A stretch of DNA of 64,000 bases from Dehalococcoidia bacterium. Its GTDB lineage: Bacteria; Chloroflexota; Dehalococcoidia; UBA2979. The notes under the pieces are model-generated. The model had not been told where the DNA came from. It saw nothing but the letters and a program-made list of their open reading frames with translations, and did no database searches. This document shows positions 20,189 to 29,631 of this stretch, in pieces. The stretch is from assembly GCA_965262725.1 (NCBI GenBank), contig OZ253555.1, forward strand, positions 2,944,001 to 3,008,000, given 5' to 3'. The translations under genes were made by a program, and so were the position numbers. The first letter of the stretch is position 1, and every line of letters begins with the position of its first letter.

Positions 20189-21307
20189 ATGGTCGAGCGA
20201 CGGCGCGGTCCCGGCTCGCAATCGACGGATCCTCCGGGGCCGGGCGCGGCGTCCGGCCAGGACGCGGGTCGCGACCGGGAGGAGCGCCTCCCCGCGACGC
20301 GCTGGGTGAACGTCGCGCGCGCCTGCGAGGTGCTCGGCGTCAACGAGTCGACGGTGCGCCGCTGGGCCGACGCCGGACAGATCCGCTGCTTCCGCACGCC
20401 GGGCGGCCACCGCCGCTTCTCGGAACGCGAGCTCCTCGACCTCGTGGAGGGAGGGAGCAGCGGCCGACGCCGCGATCTCAAGGAAGCCGCGGTCAGCCGT
20501 ATCCGCCGCGAGCTCTCCTCCGGGCACCGCGACGCCGGCTGGTACGAGGAGATGGCGACGGACGAGCGCGAGACGCTCCGGCCGCTCGGCCGCCGGCTCG
20601 TCGAACTCGTCGACGACGACATCGCCCGCCGCGCCCCGCACGCGGAGATCGAGCGCGAGGTCGACGCCATCGGCGAGCGCTACGGCCAGGTGCTCTTCGA
20701 GCGCGGGATGCCGCTCTCGCAGGCGATCGAGGCCTTCACCTTCTTCCGCCGCTCACTCGACGAAGCGGCGAAGCGACTCGCCGAGCGGCAGCGCATGGGC
20801 GCCTTCGAGGCCGCCCGCGCCCGCGAGCAGATCGCCCAGCTCGCCGACCGCGTGCTGCGCGGGGTCAGCGCCGCCTACGACGACGCAAGGGTCGCCCCCT
20901 CCCGTCGACCGCGGGGAGGCGCGGCGGATGAGCCCGCCGGCGCGGCGCGCGAGCCGGTCTCCTCCCACGCGATCTTCCTGGAGCTTCGCGGCCGGCGCGT
21001 GCTGCTCGTGGGAGGAGGCCGCGCCGCCGCCGAGCACGTGGGGACGCTGTGGGACGCCGGCGCCGACGTGACCATCCTCGCGCCCGAGATCGATGAGACG
21101 CTGGGGAGCCACGTGCGGGAGGGGCGCGCCCGGTGGACACCACGGGCGTTCGCGCCGGGCGACAGGGCGGGCTTCGACGTGGTGATGGTCGTCGACGACG
21201 GTGCGGTTGATGCAGGTGTGGCGGTCGAGGTGCGATCCCTCGGCATCTGGGTGAACGCGGGCGGCGTCGCAGCCGACGACCCGGCCGCCGTTCGGGAGGA
21301 ACGCTGA
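20189..21307 (+). CDS. Excisionase/MerR-like HTH regulator fused to a CysG-like NAD-binding domain
   Basis: LGVNESTVRRWADAG...RTPGGHRRF; C-terminal IFLELRGRRVLLVGGGRAA...AGADVTILAP. Confidence 0.75.
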   Translation: MVERRRGPGSQSTDPPGPGAASGQDAGRDREERLPATRWVNVARACEVLGVNESTVRRWADAGQIRCFRTPGGHRRFSERELLDLVEGGSSGRRRDLKEAAVSRIRRELSSGHRDAGWYEEMATDERETLRPLGRRLVELVDDDIARRAPHAEIEREVDAIGERYGQVLFERGMPLSQAIEAFTFFRRSLDEAAKRLAERQRMGAFEAARAREQIAQLADRVLRGVSAAYDDARVAPSRRPRGGAADEPAGAAREPVSSHAIFLELRGRRVLLVGGGRAAAEHVGTLWDAGADVTILAPEIDETLGSHVREGRARWTPRAFAPGDRAGFDVVMVVDDGAVDAGVAVEVRSLGIWVNAGGVAADDPAAVREER

Positions 21308-21309
21308 GC

Positions 21310-22284
21310 ATGGCCCGAAGGGCGTCGGCCGGGAGGCCCGCCCCGGCATTCCCCGGTCCGCCGGCGAGGCGCGAACCGCTGCGCATCGCCTCCCCCAGAT
21401 CGCGCCTCGCCCGGGCGCGGGCAGAGGTCGGCGCCGCGGCGCTGGCCCGGGCGTCCGATCCGGTGTCCGCCACGATCGTCACCATCGAGACCGGGTGCAA
21501 CCGCGACCGCACCGCGCCCCTCGCCGCGGACGGGGACTGCGGCCTCCACGTGCAGGCGGTGCGGCAGGCCCTGCTCGACGGACGCGCCGACCTCGCCGTG
21601 CACTCGATTACAGAGGCCGCCGAACCCGCCGCCCCGATCGCGCTCGGCGCCGTCCTGCCGCGCGGCGACCCCCGCGACGCGCTCGTCGCCTCCGGGGGCC
21701 GGCGCCTCGCCGAACTCCCGGCGGGCGCCCGCGTCGGGACCGGCTCGCGTCGAGGCGCCTCGCTGCTGCGGGCGCTCCGGCCCGACCTCGTGACCGTCGA
21801 CGCGCCGGGCGATGTCGACACCAGGCTCCGCCTCGTCGCGGAGGGACGCTACGACGCGATGCTGCTCGCGCTCGCCGGGCTCGTGCTCGTCGGCCGGGCG
21901 GGGGAGGCGACGCAGATCTTCGACGCGAGCGAGTTCGTGCCGGCTCCGGGGCAGGGCGCGATCGCGATCGAGTGCCGCGCCGACGATCTGCGCGTGCTTG
22001 AGCTGCTCGCCCCCCTCGACCACCCGGCGACCAGGGCCGCCGTGGCGGCGGAGCAGGGCGTGGTGGAAGCGCTGGGGGGCGGCGGCGTCCTCCCTGTCGG
22101 CGCGCTCGCCACCGTGGAGGGCGAGCTCGTCTCGCTGCGGGCGATGCTCGCCGACACCGAGGGCGCACCTCCGCTCGTCGGCGACGCCGCCGGCCACGCG
22201 GCGGAGGCCGCTCAGATCGGGCGGGGCCTCGGCCGGCAACTGCGTGAGGCCGTCGACATGCGCGGCTCGGCGGCCAAGCGGTGA
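21310..22284 (+). CDS. hemC: HemC (porphobilinogen deaminase)-like protein lacking catalytic residues
   Basis: ADLAVHS, DPRDAL, VGTGS, DTRL, PAPGQGAIAIECR; cofactor Cys and catalytic Asp are substituted. Confidence 0.8.
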   Translation: MARRASAGRPAPAFPGPPARREPLRIASPRSRLARARAEVGAAALARASDPVSATIVTIETGCNRDRTAPLAADGDCGLHVQAVRQALLDGRADLAVHSITEAAEPAAPIALGAVLPRGDPRDALVASGGRRLAELPAGARVGTGSRRGASLLRALRPDLVTVDAPGDVDTRLRLVAEGRYDAMLLALAGLVLVGRAGEATQIFDASEFVPAPGQGAIAIECRADDLRVLELLAPLDHPATRAAVAAEQGVVEALGGGGVLPVGALATVEGELVSLRAMLADTEGAPPLVGDAAGHAAEAAQIGRGLGRQLREAVDMRGSAAKR

Positions 22285-22479
22285 ACGGCGAGGGAGAGGC
22301 TACCGCGGCCTCCGCCAACTGCGGGCGCATCTCTCCGGTCCGAGCGGAGTCCGCGGCAGCCCCGGATCCTCGAGATGGGGGGACCTCCGAACGGACCGGG
22401 GCGGGGCTGGTCGCCGCGCTCGGGTCCTCCCTACACTCTGCGGGGCCGTGATCAGCGGCCGCGCGAAGGAGGCAAGACG

Positions 22480-23271
22480 GTGGCCGCGCAGGCGGTGAGC
22501 GAGCTCACCCCCCTCGGCGACGGCGCACCGATCCGCGCCGTCGTCTTCGACGCCTACGGCACGATCTTCCGCTTCTCGGACACGGAGCACCGCCTGCTGG
22601 TCGCCTCGCTCCTGGCGGAGCAGGGCCTGGAAGCGGATCTCGACGCCTTCGTCGAGAGCCTGACGAAGTCCTTCCACCGCGTCGGCCCCTGGGCGGAGCA
22701 CACGCGCAAGGACGGCTCGGCCGACCGCGACCAGATGGTTGCGGGCCCCCTCCCCCCGTGGATCTCAACGTGGGAGATCTGGCGGCGCCAGTACGAGCAC
22801 GCATTCCGGGAGCACGGCCTCGCAGGGAACGCCGCGGCCGCCGCCGATCGGCAGCGCCTCCTCCTCACCGAGGCCGACCCGTACGCGGACGCGCACGCCG
22901 CAATCGAGGACCTCGCGGCGCGGGGGCTGCTGGTGGGTCTTCTCTCCAACGCGGACGATGACTTCCTGCAGAGCGCGATCACGCGCGCGAGGCTCCGGTT
23001 CTCGGTGATCGCGTCGTCCGAGTCGCTCGGCGCCTACAAACCCCACCGGGCGGTCTTCGACGCGCTCTGCGAGCGCCTCCGCTGCGCCCCCGCCGAGGTG
23101 CTCTACGTCGGCGACTCGCCGCATGCCGACGTCCACGGCGCGAAGCATGCAGGGCTTCGCGCGGCGTGGGTGCGGCGCGCCACGGTTTCCGAGTACCCGG
23201 AGGGCATCCCGCGGGCCGACGTCGAGCTCGGCTCGCTGCGCGAACTGTCGGACCTTGGGGGCCTCGCGTAG
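22480..23271 (+). CDS. HAD family hydrolase (haloacid dehalogenase-like)
   Basis: VFDAYGTI, LSN, YKP, YVGDS..DV.GA; AAGGAGG before GTG. Confidence 0.88.
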   Translation: MAAQAVSELTPLGDGAPIRAVVFDAYGTIFRFSDTEHRLLVASLLAEQGLEADLDAFVESLTKSFHRVGPWAEHTRKDGSADRDQMVAGPLPPWISTWEIWRRQYEHAFREHGLAGNAAAAADRQRLLLTEADPYADAHAAIEDLAARGLLVGLLSNADDDFLQSAITRARLRFSVIASSESLGAYKPHRAVFDALCERLRCAPAEVLYVGDSPHADVHGAKHAGLRAAWVRRATVSEYPEGIPRADVELGSLRELSDLGGLA

Positions 23272-23423
23272 GCACGCGGCGGCGCGGCCAGACACGCTGC
23301 CGGGGCGATTCGGGGAGGCGAGGCGAGGCGTGCGTGTCGTTGCGACGCACTTGTGCCTGCCCCTATACTCAGGGATGCTCGCGAAAGCGCGCATGCGCAT
23401 GAGCGAATAGACCGAGGCGCACG

Positions 23424-24560
23424 ATGCGACTCAGTTGCCAGCAGGAAGATCTCAACCGGGGGCTCTCTGCGGTCTCCCGAGCGATTCCGGCGCGCACGAC
23501 ACTGCCCATCACGAATCACATCCTGCTCGAGGCGAAGGACGACTCGATCACGCTCAGCGCGACCGACGCCGAGACGATCGCGATCACGTACACGATCCGC
23601 GGGGAGGTCCTCTCGCCGGGATCGCTGACCCTCCCCTCACGGCTGCTCTCGGAGTTTGTCGGTTCACTCCCTGCGTCGCGGATCGACATGACACTCGCCG
23701 AGCGCTCGCGGCAGGTGCACCTCTCGTGCTCGAGGAACGAGGCGTCTATCGGCGGCATGGACCCCGAGGAGTTCCCTCCGATCCCGCCGGTCTCCGACCT
23801 GCCGGCACTTCGCATCCCGGCGGCAGGGCTGCGGCGCGCCCTTAGCCAGGTGGTCTTCGCTGCCGCCACCGACGACGCGCGTCCCGTGTTGACGGGCGTC
23901 CAGCTCGCCATCAGCGGCAAGAAGATCTTGCTCGCTGCGGCCGACGGCTTCCGGCTCTCCGTCCATACCCTCGATCTTCCCGAGGAGACCGAGGAGCGCA
24001 CGGCGATCGTGCCAGCCAGAGCCCTCGGCGAGTTGCTGAGGTTGCTGCCGGAGGCCGGCGACGAGACGGTGGCCGTGACCTTCAACACGTCTGGCCGTCA
24101 GGCGCAGTTCGATCTCGGTCATGCCACCCTCGTCGCGCAGCTCATCGAGGGCACGTTCCCGAACTACGAGCAGCTGATCCCGCCGAACCACAACACGCGC
24201 ACCGAGGTGCTGCTGGACGAGTTCATGCGTGAGGCGCGCATCGCCTCCATCTTCGCGCGAGACGGCTCGGGCATCGTGCGGCTGGTCGCCAGCGAGGGGG
24301 AGCACGGGCAACCGGGGCGCCTCCTGATCAGCGCCCGCGCCGAGGAGATCGGCACGAATGAGGGCGAGATCGATGGAATAGTCGAGGGCGACGAGGCGAA
24401 GATCGCCTTCAACGGCCGCTACCTCACTGACATTCTGCAGGTGGTCGGCACGGAGCGGGTCGCGCTCGAGACCTCATCCCCATCCAGCCCCGGCGTGTTC
24501 CGCCCGGTCGGCGACGACTCCTTCGTCCACGTCGTCATGCCTATGTTCGTGCAATGGTGA
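23424..24560 (+). CDS. dnaN: DNA polymerase III beta sliding clamp
   Basis: SATD, EEFP, RPVLTG, ADGFRLS, LIEGTFPNY, IAFNGRYL, VVMPM; TATACT -10 upstream. Confidence 0.96.
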   Translation: MRLSCQQEDLNRGLSAVSRAIPARTTLPITNHILLEAKDDSITLSATDAETIAITYTIRGEVLSPGSLTLPSRLLSEFVGSLPASRIDMTLAERSRQVHLSCSRNEASIGGMDPEEFPPIPPVSDLPALRIPAAGLRRALSQVVFAAATDDARPVLTGVQLAISGKKILLAAADGFRLSVHTLDLPEETEERTAIVPARALGELLRLLPEAGDETVAVTFNTSGRQAQFDLGHATLVAQLIEGTFPNYEQLIPPNHNTRTEVLLDEFMREARIASIFARDGSGIVRLVASEGEHGQPGRLLISARAEEIGTNEGEIDGIVEGDEAKIAFNGRYLTDILQVVGTERVALETSSPSSPGVFRPVGDDSFVHVVMPMFVQW

Positions 24561-24999
24561 TTATGTCTAGTAGACTGGCTTGCCCCCCACTGCCCGACGA
24601 CTCACGAACCGCCCCCCCCCGCCCTGGGTATGACCGCGCCGACGACCCGAGCGCCCGCGATGTGCGGGGCGCTGGCCGCGTACGCCTGGGCAATGAGGTT
24701 CGCGCAGAGACAGACAGCGCCAGCACCGCTTTCGAATGGTCGGATCGGGGTGGAGGCCCGCCCCGGAAGGACGCAGAGCAGCGTCCACCAGCATGCTGTA
24801 GAGGCGGAAGCCCCAAGCCCGCGACAGATATCCGGCGACAGCTTCTTCTGACAGCGGACCAGTACGCCCAATCGGCGTCCCAACCGAGGTCGTAGAGCAG
24901 GGCCTAGCCGTGCAAGTCGGCCGGGTCTCGGGGCTGGCCGAGCGCCTTGAGGAGGGCCGGGTCCTGCGAGACTCTCTTCGTGCTCCCAGCCGCTGGATT

Positions 25000-25015
25000 G
25001 ATGTAGACTTACATC
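25000..25015 (+). promoter_or_regulatory. Probable vapBC operator overlapping a leaderless promoter
   Basis: Perfect inverted repeat GATGTA-gact-TACATC abutting the ATG; TAGACT -10 is 6 nt before the ATG. Confidence 0.6.
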
Positions 25016-25267
25016 ATGAGTCATCGCACGCAGATCACGCTGACCGATGAGCAATATGCGCGGCTACGCGAGGAGTCCCGGCGCTCCGGCCTCGGCCTCG
25101 CGGAACTCGTTCGGCGGGCGCTTGAGCGCAACTACGGGACGTCTTCCAGTGCGGAGGTGCTGAGCGCCCTCGACGCGAGCTTCGACTCCTGGGCGGACCG
25201 CGACTTTGACGGCGCGAGCTACGTCGAGGGGCTTCGTCGCGGCATGTCTCGCCGACGGGCGGGCTGA
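25016..25267 (+). CDS. vapB: Ribbon-helix-helix (CopG-type) antitoxin
   Basis: RTQITLTDEQYARL...ELVRRAL; TGATG overlap with the PIN gene. Confidence 0.85.
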   Translation: MSHRTQITLTDEQYARLREESRRSGLGLAELVRRALERNYGTSSSAEVLSALDASFDSWADRDFDGASYVEGLRRGMSRRRAG

Positions 25268-25647
25268 TGGCGATCATCGTCGACACGTCGGTGCTGATCG
25301 ACCACCTGCGAGGTGAGGAAGCGGCTCGCGCAGCGCTTCGCGGCGCCACGGCCGCCGGCGAACGGCTCGCGGCTTCCGTACTCACCAAAGTCGAGGTGCT
25401 GGCCGGGATGCGAGTCCCGGAGGAGCGCGCCACGCGTCGCCTGTTGGACAGCCTCGACTGGATCGAAGTCGATGACGAGCTCGCCGAACGCGCCGGCGTG
25501 CTGGCCAACCGGTTTCTGCCGTCGCACCCCGGGGTCGATCCGGTCGACTACGTGATTGCCGCGACCGCCGAACTCCTCGACGCCCGGCTCTGGACCCGCA
25601 ACGTCCGCCACTTCCCGATGTTCCCGCAGCTCGAATCTCCGTACTGA
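25267..25647 (+). CDS. vapC: PIN-domain toxin
   Basis: IVDTSVLIDHLRG, EVLAG, DYVIAATA, LWTRNVRHF. Confidence 0.92.
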   Translation: MAIIVDTSVLIDHLRGEEAARAALRGATAAGERLAASVLTKVEVLAGMRVPEERATRRLLDSLDWIEVDDELAERAGVLANRFLPSHPGVDPVDYVIAATAELLDARLWTRNVRHFPMFPQLESPY

Positions 25648-25769
25648 GACGTTGTTCGGCGATCCCCCGAGTCTGCCCGTTGAGGCGTGCTCGTGTGGAC
25701 CGAGGAGGTTCAAGAGGCGCAGATCTTCGAAACGGGGGAAGAAGCACAGCTCACCTCCGATCCCGCGTG

Positions 25770-26129
25770 CTCCGGGCGCTTCTCCGCTCCCTGGTAGCCG
25801 GCATCGCCCCACACCTCCGTCTCGCCGCCGTGTAACAGGCGATGCGCCTCGGTCACGTCGGAGACGTTCGCCGCCGTCGTGCTCACGCTGTGGACCAGCC
25901 CCGTCCGCGCATCCGTGCCGGTGTGCAGCTTCATCCCGAAGGACCACTGCCGGCCCTTCCTGGTCTGATGCATCTCGGGCTCGCGCTCATGCTCCTGATT
26001 CTTCGTCGATGACGGCGCGCTGATGGTCATGGAGTCCACGATCGTCCCCTCGCGCACCAGCAGACCGCGCGCTGCGAGGTGCGTGTTGATCGTGGCAAAC
26101 AGCGCCGTTCCCAACTGGTGACGCTCCAC
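25770..26129 (-). mobile_element. IS5-family transposase fragment (InsH-like)
   Basis: GTIVDSMTISAPSSTKN, MHQTRKGRQWSFGMKLH, WGDAGYQG; both termini missing. Confidence 0.85.
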
Positions 26130-26237
26130 CGCGGACGGAATAATGGCACCGCCCAGGGTGCCAGTTCTCCCCGCGAGGTCCGGCGGCTCTACTGAAGTAA
26201 TGAGGGCGAGTTCCTCCTCAGCCCGTCTGCGGCACGC

Positions 26238-27416
26238 CTACGAGCGGCTGCTCTCCGATCGCTCCAGCACCCCGGCCAGTCCCGAGAGCGACACGACCTC
26301 GCAGTCGCTGCGGAGCTGACTCTCGGCGCCGCCGTACACCACGGTCTTGCCGGACACGCCCGGAAGCAGGTCGCCAACGCGGTTGATCGAGGTGAAGTAG
26401 TCGGAAGCCACCGTGGCACCGGACCTAATCTCGATCGCGCTGACGCCGCTCCCGGTCTCGTAGAGGAGGTCGCACTCCAGTCCCCTCGAGTCGCGGAAGA
26501 AGGAGAGGTTGGGCTGGAGCCCCTGATTGAAGCGATGCTTCAACGCTTCCGCCACGACCACGTTTTCGAAGAGCGCTCCGCGCAGCGGATGCGTCGCCAC
26601 CTGCTGCGGGCTCTCGATGCCGAGCAGATAGCTGGCCAGCCCCACGTCATAGAAGTAGAGCTTCGGCGACTTGACCAGGCGCTTGCGGATGTTGGCGTGG
26701 AACGGCGGCAGCTGGAAGACGACATAGCTCGTCTCGAGGACTGTGACCCACTCACGCGCGGTGGTGTGGGATACGCCCGCGTCGGACCCGACCGCGCTCA
26801 GGTTGAGTAGTTGGCCGACGCGTCCCGCGCAGAGACGCACGAAGAGCCTGAACGCCGAGAGGTTGCGGATCCCACCCAGCCGGCGCACGTCGCGCTCGAC
26901 GTAGGTCTCGAAGTAGTCGCCGAGCGCCTGCCGCGGCTCCAGCCCCTGGTCGTGAATCCGGGGGTAGAACCCCGAGTAGATGATGTCGTCTATCGCCTCG
27001 CTCGCACCCGTGCGGCGTCGCTCCGCGAGAGAGAACGGCAGCAGGCGGAGCAGCGCGGTGCGCCCGGCCAGCGACTGGCTGATGGCGTCGGAGAGCCGGA
27101 ACTGCTCGCTGCCGATGAGCACGAACAGGCTATTCCGTCCGCGTTCGTCGGCGAGGACCTGGAGGTACGACAGGAGCTGGGGAACATGCTGGACCTCATC
27201 GATGATCGCGCCCTCGCCCAGTTGCGCGAGGAAGCCGCGGGGGTCCGACTCGGCGAAGTCGCGCTGGTCGGGCGCCTCTAGATTGGCGTACTGCAGGTCG
27301 GGGAAGGCCGCACGGCAGAGGGTCGTCTTGCCGGACTGGCGCGGACCGGTCACGGTCACGAAGGGGTATTGTCCGAACAGCGCGGTCAGCCGGTCCGTGA
27401 TGTCACGCTCGATCAT
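26238..27416 (-). CDS. AAA_14 ATPase with DUF4143 domain
   Basis: GPRQSGKT, IDEVQ, SLAGR, KSPKLYFYDVGL, GALFEN, RDSRGLECD. Confidence 0.9.
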   Translation of the reverse strand: MIERDITDRLTALFGQYPFVTVTGPRQSGKTTLCRAAFPDLQYANLEAPDQRDFAESDPRGFLAQLGEGAIIDEVQHVPQLLSYLQVLADERGRNSLFVLIGSEQFRLSDAISQSLAGRTALLRLLPFSLAERRRTGASEAIDDIIYSGFYPRIHDQGLEPRQALGDYFETYVERDVRRLGGIRNLSAFRLFVRLCAGRVGQLLNLSAVGSDAGVSHTTAREWVTVLETSYVVFQLPPFHANIRKRLVKSPKLYFYDVGLASYLLGIESPQQVATHPLRGALFENVVVAEALKHRFNQGLQPNLSFFRDSRGLECDLLYETGSGVSAIEIRSGATVASDYFTSINRVGDLLPGVSGKTVVYGGAESQLRSDCEVVSLSGLAGVLERSESSRS

Positions 27417-27550
27417 AGCGTCACAGTATGGGCGATGCCGTACAAACTGCAAGTACTACTTGCAGTTTGTCCCACCGGTGAGTGTCGCAGCCCGAGGGCG
27501 CGCGCATGCTCTACGACAACCTCTCCGTCGCGGCGCCTCGCTGCGCGAGC

Positions 27551-27601
27551 TGGTCGAACAACCCGCAGGAGCGCCTGAACAAGGAGATCCGCCGGCGCAC
27601 C
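27551..27601 (+). mobile_element. IS256-family transposase micro-remnant
   Basis: Translates to WSNNPQERLNKEIRRRT, the IS256 catalytic-Glu motif. Confidence 0.7.
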
Positions 27602-27639
27602 ACAGAGATCGCCTCATCGTGAGTCTTCCGGAGCCAGGG

Positions 27640-27893
27640 CTACTGAGGGGCGCTGCGGGCAACCGCTTCGCGCGGAAGCGCGGCCTCCCAGAGCTCGATG
27701 TAGGGCACCAGTGGCGGCGACCGCTCCGCGAGCCACGCGTGCGGCGCAAGCTCGGACTCGGAGGAGAAGTTGGCGGTGATTTCAGTCCAGCGGCCGTCGA
27801 TGCGCTCCCACTGTGCGTAGGTGTACGAGATGGCGCCGCTGGGCTGGAACGCGGCGGGTGGCGTGCCGTAAACGAGCTCGCCGGTCTCGATCT
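27640..27893 (-). pseudogene. 3' fragment of an unknown gene truncated by IS21
   Basis: Open coding-like frame IETGELVYG...ARSAPQ* starting exactly at the IS21 left end. Confidence 0.5.
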
Positions 27894-28050
27894 TGTGAAT
27901 CGCCAGGATCTATAGACCAGCAAACGGCGAGATCGCCAGGGTCTATGTGCCACTTCGCCAAGGTCATTGAGCCACCCCTCCGGGGGGTCTGACCACTCGG
28001 GCCGCCGGTACGGCCACCATCGCCTGCATCCCCAGCGGAGGGGAGCAGCG

Positions 28051-29631
28051 ATGGCCTACCGGGAGGTACACGGGGTGGAGATCCAGGAGATCATTCGTCG
28101 CTGGCAGGCGGGGCTCAGCCAGCGCCGCATCGCCAGCGGGATGGGGTTGTCGCGTCAGACGGTCCGCCGCTACATCGACGCGGCCGAAGCGGCCGGCCTC
28201 ACACCTGACGGTCCCGAGCCGAGTGAGGAGCAGCTCGCCGCGCTGGCGACGCTGAGCCTCTCCGGCCCGCGGCAGGTCGAGGCGCCGAGCGAGGAGCTGC
28301 TCTCGCCCTGGGCGGAGCAGATCGAGCGCTGGCTTGAGACCGACCGCCTGCAACTGACGCGCATCCAGGAGCTCCTCGCCGGACGAGGCTGCGAGGTCTC
28401 CTACACCACGCTGCGGCGTTTCATCCGGCGCCGCGGCTGGCGCCACCGGCTGCCGTCGACCGTGCGCATGGACGACGGGCCGCCGGGCGAGGTGGCGGAG
28501 ATGGACTTCGGCCGCCTCGGCTTCATCCGGGACCCCGAGAGCGGCCGCCGGCGCGCGGTGTGGGCGCTGGTCGTCGTCTGGCGCTACTCACGCCACTGCT
28601 TTGTGTGGCCCACCACCAGCCAGAAGCTGGACGCTGTGATCGAGGGCCTGGAGGAGGCCTGGGCCTTCTTCGGGGGAGTGCCCCGCTACCTCGTCATCGA
28701 TAACTTCCCGGCCGCCGTCGCCGGGGCCGACGCGCTGCACCCGCGCTTCACGCGGGGCTTCCTCGAGTACGCCCGCCACCGCGGCTTCATCACCGACCCC
28801 GCGCGCGTGCGTCATCCCCGCGACAAGCCGCGCGTCGAGCGCAGCATCCCCTACGTGCGCGAGCGCCTCTTCAAGGGCGGCGACTTCCGGGACGTCGTCG
28901 ACCTGCGCTCCGCCGCCCGCAGCTGGTGCCTGGAGGTGGCGGGACAGCGCATCCACGGCACGACACGCCGGCGCCCGCTCGAGGTCTTCCGGGAGGAGGA
29001 GCTCCCTCTCCTCGCTCCCTGGGACGGCGAGCCCTACGAGGTCCCCGACTGGCGGACCGCCACGGTCCATCCCGACCACCACATCGCCTGCCAGTACGCG
29101 CTGTACTCGGTGCCGTCCACGGCCTGCCCGCCCCGCCAGAAGGTCGAGGTGCAGCTCGGCTCGAAGCTGGTGCGCATCTACCACCGCGGTCAGCTCATCA
29201 AGGTCCACCCGCGCCAGCGCCGGGGCGGCCGGGCCACCGACCCGAACGACTACCCGGCCGAGCTCACCCCCTACACCAGGCGGGCGCCCGACTGGATACA
29301 GCGCCGCGCCGCCGAGCTGGGGGAGGCCGTGGGCGCCTACGCCGAGCGTCTCTTCGAGGGCTCCCTGCCCTGGGCGAAGCTGCGGCAGGGCCACAAGCTG
29401 CTGCGCCTCGCCGAGCGCTACTCCCCGGACCGCCTCGACGCCGCCTGCCGCCGCGCGCTCGAGGTCGACCTCATCGACGTGCGCCGCCTCGAGCGCATCC
29501 TCGTCGAGGCCCTCGACCAGGAGAGCACCCCAGACCAGCCCGAGCTGCCGCCGCCTCCGGGGCGCTTCGCCCACTCGGGCTCCGTCTTCGCACAGTCCCG
29601 CACGCAGACCCCGACAGGAGCACCACGATGA
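28051..29631 (+). CDS. istA: IS21 transposase
   Basis: N-terminal HTH; DDE motifs EMDFG, VIDN, KPRVER. Confidence 0.93.
   Translation: MAYREVHGVEIQEIIRRWQAGLSQRRIASGMGLSRQTVRRYIDAAEAAGLTPDGPEPSEEQLAALATLSLSGPRQVEAPSEELLSPWAEQIERWLETDRLQLTRIQELLAGRGCEVSYTTLRRFIRRRGWRHRLPSTVRMDDGPPGEVAEMDFGRLGFIRDPESGRRRAVWALVVVWRYSRHCFVWPTTSQKLDAVIEGLEEAWAFFGGVPRYLVIDNFPAAVAGADALHPRFTRGFLEYARHRGFITDPARVRHPRDKPRVERSIPYVRERLFKGGDFRDVVDLRSAARSWCLEVAGQRIHGTTRRRPLEVFREEELPLLAPWDGEPYEVPDWRTATVHPDHHIACQYALYSVPSTACPPRQKVEVQLGSKLVRIYHRGQLIKVHPRQRRGGRATDPNDYPAELTPYTRRAPDWIQRRAAELGEAVGAYAERLFEGSLPWAKLRQGHKLLRLAERYSPDRLDAACRRALEVDLIDVRRLERILVEALDQESTPDQPELPPPPGRFAHSGSVFAQSRTQTPTGAPR

Noticed and set aside
23272-25000. 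oriC near dnaN
   Set aside because: No dnaA gene, DnaA-box cluster or AT-rich unwinding element seen
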